Virus genome (UHGV): UHGV-1378608
Length of the DNA: 39,780 bases
Strand: one strand, 5' to 3'
Origin: a virus
Shown piece after piece: positions 1 through 7,918 of this stretch. Each line of letters opens with the position of its first letter. Position 1 is the stretch's first letter. A model generated the notes under the pieces. That model was not told where the DNA came from and searched no databases. It saw only the letters and a program-made list of their open reading frames with translations. The position numbers were made by a program, and so were the translations under genes.

Positions 1-17
1 AATCATTCCCACTCAAT
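1..17 (+). repeat. Putative attL core (17-bp direct repeat aatcattcccactcaat)
   Basis: Exact 17-bp match with 39764-39780 at the opposite end of the element. Confidence 0.6.
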
Positions 18-94
18 TATTTACGACAAACATAACCAATTGAGTGATAACAACTTTCTCATAACTTACTTCCACCGTACCGTTCTATATACCG

Positions 95-595
95 TCACAG
101 GTTAATGGTGCCCCGCTTTTTCAGTGCGTCATACTGCTGCTCACAGGACTCACCTGCAACCCTATATCGCTCAGCTTCTTCTGCTGTTGCGACGTAAGCT
201 CGGTTGCTTTCTTCAAGCATGTCGGCGAGCACACTGATGACCTTGCTGGCTGGCGTGCCAGTGGGGAAAGTTCCGGTATAGTGTTCGGCGATTCGCTTGA
301 TCTTGTCAAGTTCTGACTGCAGGCGGCCAGAAGAGGCAGCAGCAAAATCAGCATCAGCCCGCGCAGACTCAATACGGGATAGCGCATCACGTTCAATTTG
401 TGTTTTCTCCTTATCTCGTTGTGCCCGGGCCTTATCATCAGCCTGTTTCTGATCTGACTGCGCCTGCGCGTACCCGGCGTCATACTGCCGGTCACCATGG
501 ATATTCCAGGCAACAACGCAACTGATAACCAACGCAGCAAGCATCACGACAATAAGCAACTGTTTCCAGTATGCTTTCACGAATACCCAGATCAT
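95..595 (-). CDS. Rz-like i-spanin (lysis protein)
   Basis: 166 aa; N-terminal transmembrane segment followed by charged coiled-coil-like periplasmic domain; last gene of lysis cassette directly after endolysin; contains embedded lipoprotein ORF in alternate frame. Confidence 0.6.
   Translation of the reverse strand: MIWVFVKAYWKQLLIVVMLAALVISCVVAWNIHGDRQYDAGYAQAQSDQKQADDKARAQRDKEKTQIERDALSRIESARADADFAAASSGRLQSELDKIKRIAEHYTGTFPTGTPASKVISVLADMLEESNRAYVATAEEAERYRVAGESCEQQYDALKKRGTINL
121..387 (-). CDS. Rz1-like o-spanin lipoprotein, embedded within the Rz-like gene in another frame
   Basis: ORF 121-540 contains an internal start giving [23 protein letters not shown]: positively charged n-region, hydrophobic core, lipobox LAAC, then a Pro/Ser-rich short mature part. 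Start choice (387 vs 354) uncertain. Confidence 0.45.
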   Translation of the reverse strand: MRYPVLSLRGLMLILLLPLLAACSQNLTRSSESPNTIPELSPLARQPARSSVCSPTCLKKATELTSQQQKKLSDIGLQVSPVSSSMTH

Positions 596-1218
596 AAAAG
601 CACCTTACTGGCGGTGATATACCGCGCGCGCCGGTCATCGATGCCGTTCTGCCCACCATTAATGATCTGCGTGACGCGCACCATATCGCCGGTGTACTTC
701 ATACAGCCCTTGGTGGCGAAGAACCACGCCGCGCTGCGGGCCGCATATTCGTCCTGCGTCAACAGCTCAGGATTCTCCAGCAGGTCCACTTTTAGACCGT
801 TTCCGCAGTCACGATAGTTATTCAAACCGGTAATCTGGATAAGCCCGCGCCCACGGTAAAACCAGCCGTCAGTCGGCCCGTTGTTCCCCATGCGCTTGCT
901 ATACACCAGATTGGCGATCGCACGCTGGCGCTCCAGCGGTAACGATGGCTCACCAGCACGACGGCCCAGCGCATTGGCCTGGCCCTGAGTGAGGCGCCCG
1001 GAACGGACGAATCCCGCCAGCCCGGTCACGCTGTAGTTGAAGTTCTCCTGCAGCCGGGTGAAGCCTCCAGACTCATGCCCGACCTGAGCAATAAACATTG
1101 CCTGATCTTCTGGTTTGCTGATACCAAACTCTTTCATCGCAGAAGTTATATGCGAGAACCAGCGTGCGGCCAGCGCCTCGCTAATACCAGCAGCTCGCTG
1201 GAATTGTTTAATCTCCAT
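592..1218 (-). CDS. Endolysin, glycoside hydrolase family 19-like (chitinase-like lysozyme)
   Basis: 208 aa; motifs [12 protein letters not shown] and [13 protein letters not shown] typical of GH19-type phage endolysins; sits between holin-like genes and the spanin. Confidence 0.8.
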   Translation of the reverse strand: MEIKQFQRAAGISEALAARWFSHITSAMKEFGISKPEDQAMFIAQVGHESGGFTRLQENFNYSVTGLAGFVRSGRLTQGQANALGRRAGEPSLPLERQRAIANLVYSKRMGNNGPTDGWFYRGRGLIQITGLNNYRDCGNGLKVDLLENPELLTQDEYAARSAAWFFATKGCMKYTGDMVRVTQIINGGQNGIDDRRARYITASKVLL

Positions 1219-1516
1219 GTTTAGACCTCGTTATTTTGAAAATCTGAACGACGTTACCGCGAGTTTTAAGAACCGCAGCAAGCATGACAGCATTGATAAT
1301 GACCTCAGATAAATCCACAGCCATTGGCGTGCGTAACCAGATTGCATAGACGACACGAACAGGAATACTGGCCGCAGCAACAATAAGGAAATAAGCAAGC
1401 CACCCTCCCCACCTTCGATGTTGTGAACCGTTACGCCGGAATGTGACAACACGAATTGCTATGCCAGTACAAATAAGTGCATTGGTGATAAGCAAAACAA
1501 GCTCATTAGTTACCAT
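1208..1516 (-). CDS. Small membrane protein, putative holin or antiholin
   Basis: 102 aa with hydrophobic helices ([39 protein letters not shown]); immediately upstream of endolysin. Confidence 0.5.
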   Translation of the reverse strand: MVTNELVLLITNALICTGIAIRVVTFRRNGSQHRRWGGWLAYFLIVAAASIPVRVVYAIWLRTPMAVDLSEVIINAVMLAAVLKTRGNVVQIFKITRSKHGD

Positions 1517-1916
1517 CGCCTTTTCTCCCCGGAATTAACTCGCGTGGATTATCGGAACGGTGATAGAGCCAGATGCCAATTCGAACTGCAACGATTGCTG
1601 ACACGAATGCACCAGCAGAGAAAACAATCCCTTTCTCGAAAGAGTCCTGCGTGATGGTAGGGATCAGGCTGGCTACGCCGATAAGGATGGATGCAGTTGG
1701 TTTGTAGAAGAGAAGGCCGCAGAGAAAGCTGAGCATCGACAGGAGAACCCGGCGGCGGATCGGGTATTCGACAGCCGAGGTAACAAAGATTACCGCGCCT
1801 GCCAAAGACCCCAACGCCACTTCTGGCGGGACACCAGCGATTACCGCAGCGAGCGAACCCATACTAAGCCACTGATTTAAAGACTCACTTGTTAGCCCGG
1901 CTGACATAATGACCAC
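1506..1916 (-). CDS. Membrane protein, putative holin
   Basis: 136 aa, multiple predicted TM helices; first gene of lysis cassette downstream of tailspike terminator. Start uncertain (GTG at 1916 or ATG at 1907); a strong SD (taaggagg) at 1937-1944 precedes a 12-codon mini-ORF overlapping the start. Confidence 0.5.
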   Translation of the reverse strand: MVIMSAGLTSESLNQWLSMGSLAAVIAGVPPEVALGSLAGAVIFVTSAVEYPIRRRVLLSMLSFLCGLLFYKPTASILIGVASLIPTITQDSFEKGIVFSAGAFVSAIVAVRIGIWLYHRSDNPRELIPGRKGDGN

Positions 1917-1997
1917 CGTTTACTGTGCATAAAGAACCTCCTTAGTTGGTTCTCATATCATACACAATAAACCATATGTGTTTTAATTTGGTAACAA

Positions 1998-2037
1998 ATG
2001 AAAAAGCCCTTTAGTGAAAAACATTCATTAAAGGGCT
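1998..2037 (-). terminator. Rho-independent terminator-like hairpin after tailspike gene (minus strand)
   Basis: 9-bp perfect stem agcccttta/taaagggct with 15-nt loop, followed on the minus strand by TTTTTCATTTG. Confidence 0.5.
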
Positions 2038-2047
2038 AGATATTTAC

Positions 2048-4792
2048 TTAACCTTTAGAAAAAACAGACAGTAACGGAAGTGTAAAAGTCGACACACCAG
2101 TATTCATCATGCAGGTTTTACCACCTGAGTATCCAGATATGGTTTGCGAAACTGGACTTCCTGTTGTTGGGAAAATGGTGATTTCATCCCCCCCCTTCAA
2201 TACTCTAACTTTGCCTGTAACATCAACCGATGAACTTGAAACAGACGTGAGAGATCCATTGGTCATTGTATAAAAGTTTATAGTTCCTGTTGCTGTTCTG
2301 CTTACACCACATCCTGATTTTTGCTTCTGTTTATAGTTAAACAATACCAGCAGGCCAACAGGCATTGACTCAAGCTCAACTGCTGTAGACTGGTAGGTCT
2401 TACTGCCGTTTCTCATGTCAGGAGCCTCATCATCTGGATCAGAAAAATTATACCCAAGAGTTAAATCATTAACCGTGGCATTATTCCCTGTTATTCCTTT
2501 GACTTGATTAACACTTAACGGTATGTAATTAAACCCTGCAAAAAGCGGTGTTAACTTTTCTCTAAATAAAAGGCCTGGTGGGTATACTAACGAAGGTGTA
2601 CCATCATATGTCACTGAGATAATATTAAGTCCCTTTTTAAGGGTTCCAATGCACGTTGTTTGTTTGCCTGTAAATGATGTTAGCCCATTGCTGGCAACTT
2701 TACCTGATAGATAAGAAGAGTTCCTGATGTCATTGAGAATGACATTGAACTGGTTAACACGATCTGATGAAGTATAAGTTGGGTTATATGGCTCAAATAA
2801 TGTTACAGAGATATCGCTTGTATCACTCCATACAAAATACCGACAAATAACATTTTCATTTGAAGGCGTAATCCTTCCCCATCCACCAAGTGCATCAAGA
2901 TAATCACCTCCACTTAATATCGAAATTGATGGGTAGTATCTGGTATTTGAAGGGTATCCAATACCAATAAATGAAAGTTGCGTAGTAGGGATTAGGTTCT
3001 TATTTTTTACAGCTGTATAAACGCGCTCTTTTAATACCTCTTTTGCAGCATAAGCACCGATGTATGCATGTCCTATCGTTGATGGATGGCTCTGGTCAAA
3101 GACAGTACCGCCGTCACGTTTGGCAACATCAGATATAGAGTACGCGCCTATATCTGCATAAGCGTCAGTCGTGGCAATGGACAAATCCAAAAACTCGACC
3201 TTTGGGAAAAGGCGTTCGATACGCTTCTTAATGGCTGACTCCAGGAAAGCCTTTGGCGCATCGTTATTGTTTACAGTAACAAAGCATATCGGACAACCAT
3301 ATCCCCATGATTTTCTAATCAACTTTTCAAACTCATGAAAATACGCTTCAAATCCTATTGTTGGAAGTATTCCATTGTCATTAAAACCAAGGCTTATAAA
3401 AAGAACATCAGGAGCTTTTTTTCCATACGCAGCATTCTGGAAAAATCCATAGTCGAAGTTTTCATAACCCCAACCTGTCGCAAGTGACTTGCCAGACGAT
3501 CCGCAGTTATATGCTTTAAAAATATTATCCGTGCTGTCGGATAGCATATTGAGGCAATCAGTAAAAATTCTGAACCATGAATGCTTACCGCCATTTAAAT
3601 TATGATTGTAGTTGGTAGAGTTAAGATTTCCATCGCTACCAGTCGGGTTCGGGGTCCATCCTGAACTATAGGCTCCATCCGTTATAGAATCACCAATGAT
3701 ACCTACATGGCAATCTTCTACAGTTGATGGGTAACCCTGCTTATTTGCAAATTTAGCAATTGTTCCAAGAGCAGTAAAATCAGGGCCATTGTTAGATAGC
3801 CCAACATCAAAAACATGCTCATTACCCCATTTGTCTCTTGTGAGAATTTTACCTTCTCCAAGAAATTTAGTCACATCATCTGACGGTAAAAAATTACACC
3901 TGATGGTTACATCTTTTGGGATGTAAATCTGACCAGGGAAAGCATAAATTGCACTTCTGTTGTCAGTTGTCGTGTTAATAACGACATTTGGAACATAAAA
4001 TATTGACGTTGCGTCAGTTCTATATTGTCCGTTAACAAGCTCAGATCTGAGAACCGCATCCCCAACACCTCTCCAAGCGCCAGGACCAACACCACCAGTA
4101 GTGGTAGGAGTTGATCCTGGAGGAACTACTTTGGGCAGTGGCCCGTCCCATCTGTAGTATTCGCCGTTGCTTTCCCAGAGAAGAACATCGTTAAGATAGA
4201 TGATGGTATTACCCAACTCAAAAGATTTCTTCGTGTTATAGCCATACAATCCATTTTCTAAGGTTTCAATAATGGTGCTAAGTATGGTACTAAATTTTGC
4301 ATAAAGATCATCAGTATATTTTTTTGTAGCAGCATCTTGGGGAAGAGATGGATCACGAAGATTTCTAATATAATTTGAAAGCGCGTCATAAAAAATTGCT
4401 ACGTCATTTGGCTTTCTTAAAGCCAACTTATCATTTCTTAATGATTGTTGAATGAGCATAGTAAGTTTATCAAACGCATCCTCATGTACCTCAGCGAAGA
4501 ACTTACCCTGATTACGTAAATCCGTTTCCTGAGTAGCTGGTAGTTCTCGTGATATAGATATCTGATGACCGTTAGCCAACGCCTTCGAGAGAATTACATT
4601 ACCGCCGTTATATCCTCCAGCCCCGGTAACTGTGTAATCAGTATCAAGAGCCAGCACAGCGATATTTTCGTCAAGGTCAACCACCTGTACTACCAGATCA
4701 GATTTATTGAAAACCCTAAAGGTGTACGGAAATGATGTCGTAACGCCGTTACCTGTGTATTCGTTGTGGTCAACTTCGGTTGAGACCGTCAT
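2048..4792 (-). CDS. Tailspike/tail fibre protein with internal SGNH(GDSL)-type esterase domain
   Basis: 914 aa; N-terminal ~120 aa resembles the conserved podovirus tail-fibre anchor domain (NEYTGNGVTTSFPYTF...TDYTVT...AEVHEDAFDKLTMLIQ); residues ~360-585 carry SGNH blocks GIIGDSITDG, FISLGFNDNG and DQSHPS (Ser and Asp/His of catalytic triad). Confidence 0.8.
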   Translation of the reverse strand: MTVSTEVDHNEYTGNGVTTSFPYTFRVFNKSDLVVQVVDLDENIAVLALDTDYTVTGAGGYNGGNVILSKALANGHQISISRELPATQETDLRNQGKFFAEVHEDAFDKLTMLIQQSLRNDKLALRKPNDVAIFYDALSNYIRNLRDPSLPQDAATKKYTDDLYAKFSTILSTIIETLENGLYGYNTKKSFELGNTIIYLNDVLLWESNGEYYRWDGPLPKVVPPGSTPTTTGGVGPGAWRGVGDAVLRSELVNGQYRTDATSIFYVPNVVINTTTDNRSAIYAFPGQIYIPKDVTIRCNFLPSDDVTKFLGEGKILTRDKWGNEHVFDVGLSNNGPDFTALGTIAKFANKQGYPSTVEDCHVGIIGDSITDGAYSSGWTPNPTGSDGNLNSTNYNHNLNGGKHSWFRIFTDCLNMLSDSTDNIFKAYNCGSSGKSLATGWGYENFDYGFFQNAAYGKKAPDVLFISLGFNDNGILPTIGFEAYFHEFEKLIRKSWGYGCPICFVTVNNNDAPKAFLESAIKKRIERLFPKVEFLDLSIATTDAYADIGAYSISDVAKRDGGTVFDQSHPSTIGHAYIGAYAAKEVLKERVYTAVKNKNLIPTTQLSFIGIGYPSNTRYYPSISILSGGDYLDALGGWGRITPSNENVICRYFVWSDTSDISVTLFEPYNPTYTSSDRVNQFNVILNDIRNSSYLSGKVASNGLTSFTGKQTTCIGTLKKGLNIISVTYDGTPSLVYPPGLLFREKLTPLFAGFNYIPLSVNQVKGITGNNATVNDLTLGYNFSDPDDEAPDMRNGSKTYQSTAVELESMPVGLLVLFNYKQKQKSGCGVSRTATGTINFYTMTNGSLTSVSSSSVDVTGKVRVLKGGDEITIFPTTGSPVSQTISGYSGGKTCMMNTGVSTFTLPLLSVFSKG

Positions 4793-4896
4793 GTTAAATC
4801 TCCAGATAGTCGCAGCACCCGTTGCGCCGCATATCTGGTTATTCTATTACCAGAAAAACCATATATGGATATATAGCTCATGAATACGAACAGATA

Positions 4897-4911
4897 TTAC
4901 CTTTCAGGTGA
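4897..4911 (+). promoter_or_regulatory. Operator-like palindrome TTACCTTTCAGGTGA (TTACCT-N4-GGTAA family, 1 mismatch)
   Basis: Member of a recurring inverted-repeat motif; lies about 40 bp upstream of the LexA box. Confidence 0.4.
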
Positions 4912-4948
4912 TTCGCAAAACGTGCTGGATAGCAAACAAATTATTTGC

Positions 4949-4968
4949 TACTGTATATTTATACAGTT
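4949..4968 (+). promoter_or_regulatory. LexA (SOS) box TACTGTATATTTATACAGTT
   Basis: Perfect CTGT-N8-ACAG with AT-rich centre, near-identical to the E. coli consensus TACTGTATATATATACAGTA; 20 bp upstream of the ATG at 4988, with GGAGA RBS at 4975-4979. Confidence 0.75.
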
Positions 4969-4987
4969 ATTGCTTGGAGAAGATAAG

Positions 4988-5245
4988 ATGCAGCAGTATC
5001 ACTATCCACTGGAAGACGGATTTACCGAAAGGATTCACACGCCGGGAGGCGTCAGGTCACTGGTGGAGGGATCGCACTTGATGAAATTACTCCGGGCTCT
5101 CGATAAGGATGGATTTAATGTCGATGGCCCACTTGCCGAACTGACTGCACTGATTAACTACGTCACCAGCTCACAGATGTCTATGCAGGATCTGCAAACA
5201 CATCTCGACTATTGTGCCGAACAATTACGAAAACAAATCAGGTAA
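4988..5245 (+). CDS. Small LexA-controlled moron protein (85 aa), candidate SOS-inducible antirepressor
   Basis: In-frame internal ATG of ORF 4880-5245 preceded by RBS and LexA box; the ORF-track start at 4880 would place the LexA box and RBS inside coding sequence. No confident family match by eye. Confidence 0.5.
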   Translation: MQQYHYPLEDGFTERIHTPGGVRSLVEGSHLMKLLRALDKDGFNVDGPLAELTALINYVTSSQMSMQDLQTHLDYCAEQLRKQIR

Positions 5246-5252
5246 ATTTAAG

Positions 5253-5268
5253 GGCCGCGAAAGCGGCC
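5253..5268. other. GNRA-tetraloop hairpin ggccgc-gaaa-gcggcc
   Basis: 6-bp perfect stem with GAAA loop just 3' of the LexA-controlled gene and 1 nt before the 12-bp palindrome; no strong T-run on either strand. Confidence 0.4.
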
Positions 5269-5269
5269 T

Positions 5270-5281
5270 GTGACATGTCAC
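5270..5281. repeat. Perfect 12-bp palindrome GTGACATGTCAC (copy 1 of 3; 14-bp TGTGACATGTCACA here)
   Basis: Exact palindrome recurring at 22503-22514 and 25578-25589, each in an intergenic position. Confidence 0.6.
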
Positions 5282-5288
5282 ACTCAAG

Positions 5289-5429
5289 CTATGACAAACC
5301 TATGTACCCTGCTACACCAGATAATATCAAAACAACTGCTACAGCAAATTCACCGTCTTCAATGATACATTTACGATTCATAACGCCAAGGGCAACAAGC
5401 ACAAATACAACAAGAATAAAAGCAATCAT
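5289..5429 (-). CDS. Small hydrophobic peptide (46 aa, MIAFILVVFVLVALGVMNRKCIIEDGEFAVAVVLILSGVAGYIGLS)
   Basis: Not in the ORF track (under 60 aa); ATG at 5429 with AGGA 7 nt upstream; two hydrophobic segments; sits right after the 824-aa virion protein gene. Confidence 0.3.
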   Translation of the reverse strand: MIAFILVVFVLVALGVMNRKCIIEDGEFAVAVVLILSGVAGYIGLS

Positions 5430-5438
5430 TTCTCATCC

Positions 5439-7913
5439 TTATTGCGGAGTGACATCCTGTGGTCGCCACCAGTATGTCTGGTTAAACTCTTTCTTCGAAC
5501 GTTGCTCCATTTTACGCAAATAGCCTGGTGAAAAATACTCCTGCATCTGGTTAAAGATCATGTGATCAAGAGCTGCCTTCAAGTACCAGAGATTCGCACC
5601 TGGCATCAGCCCTTTCCCAAGTTTCACCAGATCACCACCAGTCTGCTCGTTCTTCCCTTCCACAGCATTTAATGGTATGCCCTGAGCTATCTTCACTACG
5701 TCATCAACCAGGCCAGCTACCGGGCCAAGCATCGACGCCAGCGCGCCGCTTCCGTATCTAGTGTGATCTGACAATAAAAAGTCACCGTAAAGGCCAAGAC
5801 CACCACCTTTCAGTAGAGCACCAAGCCAAAATTTAGCAGCATCTTCTCCTGTCATCTCGCGAGGATTACGACCAGACGCAAGGTCGTTAAGTTGCTGCGA
5901 CAAAGCGCCAAGAATGGTCGTACTAGCAATAAACGTCGCAATATATGCCGCACGCCCACCAGCAGACGGCATACCCATAGCGCGTGACCAGTGACGCATA
6001 ACCACCGAGATAGGGAACGATTTAAACAGGAAAACACTTCTCGTTAATTCACCTTTCCATGTTCCACGCTGAATACCAGAACCGGTTATCAGTTGCTCAC
6101 GTGCTCCCGGTGTAATAACAGCCATATCAACTTCTTCAGTTACGGCACCGAGCAGTTTACGCATTGCCTCAAATTTCACGCGTTCAGGCTCACCAAGATG
6201 TTTAACTGCTGAATCAGGGATACGCATAATGCTTTCCGGTGTCAGCATCGTATTATTACCGTTCCCCCAGTCCTCCTGTTGCGCCAGCTTCCATACGCTC
6301 CAGTCTGTGTCAGTAATCCCTTTGCTTTTCAGAATACGAAAATCAGAGTCATCGAGGCTACGAAGGTCTGGTGTCCGTGACACTACTTCTCCCAGGCTTC
6401 CCATCATGGTTACGCCATAGGCGCGCTTGTGCGCATCTGACCATGCTGTAAGCCCACTGGCACGCATTACCGCCGTTGCCGCCCAACGAGACACTGACGG
6501 CCCCATATTATCCATCGCCCAGCGGTTAACGCTGCCAAGTAGAGATTCCATCGCCAGACCAGCGCGTCGCGCCCGCGCAAGCTCAGTACGGTTCGTTGGG
6601 TCCATAGCTTCAAGCTGGTTGCGGAATAACTGGTTCATTGGAAGGTTGGTCACCTTCGCAGACAGATACATGGTTCCAAGATCAGAGAACGATGACAGCA
6701 ACGCGGATCCGAGTCTGCTGGCAACCAGCCAGTTGCGGATATTGTCAGACCATTGCGCGATGTGCGGATTCGCTACAGGCTGTGTCTTTCCGGAAATAAA
6801 GTTGTACAGATTCTCTGTGTTGTTCGCCAGCCGCTCGACTTTACCGGTTTTACTCGGGTTAGCTGTTGCCGTTTCTGCCTTAACCTGATCAAGAAGTGAG
6901 CGGAAAACATGATCGGGGTTTGGACCATATGTTTCCACCAGAGAAATATCTTTACTGATACCTTCCAGGTGACCGACCATGATTTCCCATAGAGAGCGAT
7001 CGCCATAAAGTTGTTGATATTGGAGATAGGAATCTGCATCTTTGAAATGTATCTGTCGTGATGCATTACCACGGTTAGCACGTGCGCCGGAAATTCGCAT
7101 TCCGGTATCAGTAAGCTTATTCAGCCCACCAGTAGCGATCGTGTTATAAGCCTCTCCAAGAAATGCAGACAACTCGGCATCGTTCATCAGTTGTCCATCG
7201 GATCGGGTATAATATTTGCGATCCAGCTTACCTATAACATCGCTAACCCACTTATCCTTTGATACCGCCCCAACCTTTTCCATAGAATGATGTTGAGGGA
7301 TCCCCCAGTTTTCGAGATAGCCAATGTCCCCACCAGCATCATTAAACCGGCGGCGCAGCAGCTCTGTAACTTCTCTCCACGCCTTAGCACCTTTTCTTGC
7401 TTTAGCATTGCCAGTATTTTGCCCCCGCATTTCATATACCAGGTCACGTACGCCCGCTTCATCTTCAAACAGACCAAAAAAGCGAGGATCAACTGCTTCA
7501 AATGCCTCCTGCAATTGACTCAATGCATAATCACGAGTGGCTTTTGTTCTGGATTCAACAGAGAGGAAATTCGATTTACCGTCTGCATTAAAAGCAATAG
7601 TACGGTTAAGAGCGCCAAGTTTCCCATCAGCCCCTTGATAGCTATTGATAAATTTATCCAATCTCTGACGTGCGGCTATAGTGAGAGCCACACGACGTTT
7701 CTTTAATGCCGCTTCTCGCTGTAATTCTTCAGATGCCAATTGTGCTGCACGATACAACCGTTCTGATTCGGAAAGTTGTCGCCACGACATCGGGTCATCA
7801 CGAGCAATGGAGCGCATATTTCGATAAATGCGGTCTTCAATGTTCTGTATTTCTCGCGCCGTTAACGTGCGCTGCGCCGCCTGCTGGACCGCTTGTATAC
7901 ATTCCTGTCTCAT
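5439..7913 (-). CDS. Large internal virion/ejection protein (824 aa)
   Basis: Size and position within a run of three large genes downstream of tail tubular genes, as in podovirus internal core/ejection proteins; no catalytic motif recognised. Confidence 0.55.
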   Translation of the reverse strand: MRQECIQAVQQAAQRTLTAREIQNIEDRIYRNMRSIARDDPMSWRQLSESERLYRAAQLASEELQREAALKKRRVALTIAARQRLDKFINSYQGADGKLGALNRTIAFNADGKSNFLSVESRTKATRDYALSQLQEAFEAVDPRFFGLFEDEAGVRDLVYEMRGQNTGNAKARKGAKAWREVTELLRRRFNDAGGDIGYLENWGIPQHHSMEKVGAVSKDKWVSDVIGKLDRKYYTRSDGQLMNDAELSAFLGEAYNTIATGGLNKLTDTGMRISGARANRGNASRQIHFKDADSYLQYQQLYGDRSLWEIMVGHLEGISKDISLVETYGPNPDHVFRSLLDQVKAETATANPSKTGKVERLANNTENLYNFISGKTQPVANPHIAQWSDNIRNWLVASRLGSALLSSFSDLGTMYLSAKVTNLPMNQLFRNQLEAMDPTNRTELARARRAGLAMESLLGSVNRWAMDNMGPSVSRWAATAVMRASGLTAWSDAHKRAYGVTMMGSLGEVVSRTPDLRSLDDSDFRILKSKGITDTDWSVWKLAQQEDWGNGNNTMLTPESIMRIPDSAVKHLGEPERVKFEAMRKLLGAVTEEVDMAVITPGAREQLITGSGIQRGTWKGELTRSVFLFKSFPISVVMRHWSRAMGMPSAGGRAAYIATFIASTTILGALSQQLNDLASGRNPREMTGEDAAKFWLGALLKGGGLGLYGDFLLSDHTRYGSGALASMLGPVAGLVDDVVKIAQGIPLNAVEGKNEQTGGDLVKLGKGLMPGANLWYLKAALDHMIFNQMQEYFSPGYLRKMEQRSKKEFNQTYWWRPQDVTPQ

Positions 7914-7918
7914 TTAAT

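Noticed and set aside
2048-4792. Identification of the phage as an epsilon15-like virus on the basis of genome size and podovirus gene order
   Set aside because: Only size, integrase and general synteny suggest it; the tailspike here is an SGNH esterase type and I cannot verify sequence identity without a search, so no named phage is assigned.
4880-4987. Upstream part of ORF 4880-5245
   Set aside because: It would place a perfect LexA box and the RBS inside coding sequence; start moved to 4988.
5270-5281. Interpretation of GTGACATGTCAC as a CRP or FNR binding site
   Set aside because: Half-sites resemble TGTGA/TCACA but the spacing is 4 bp rather than the 6 bp of CRP, and FNR half-sites are TTGAT; left as an unassigned palindrome.
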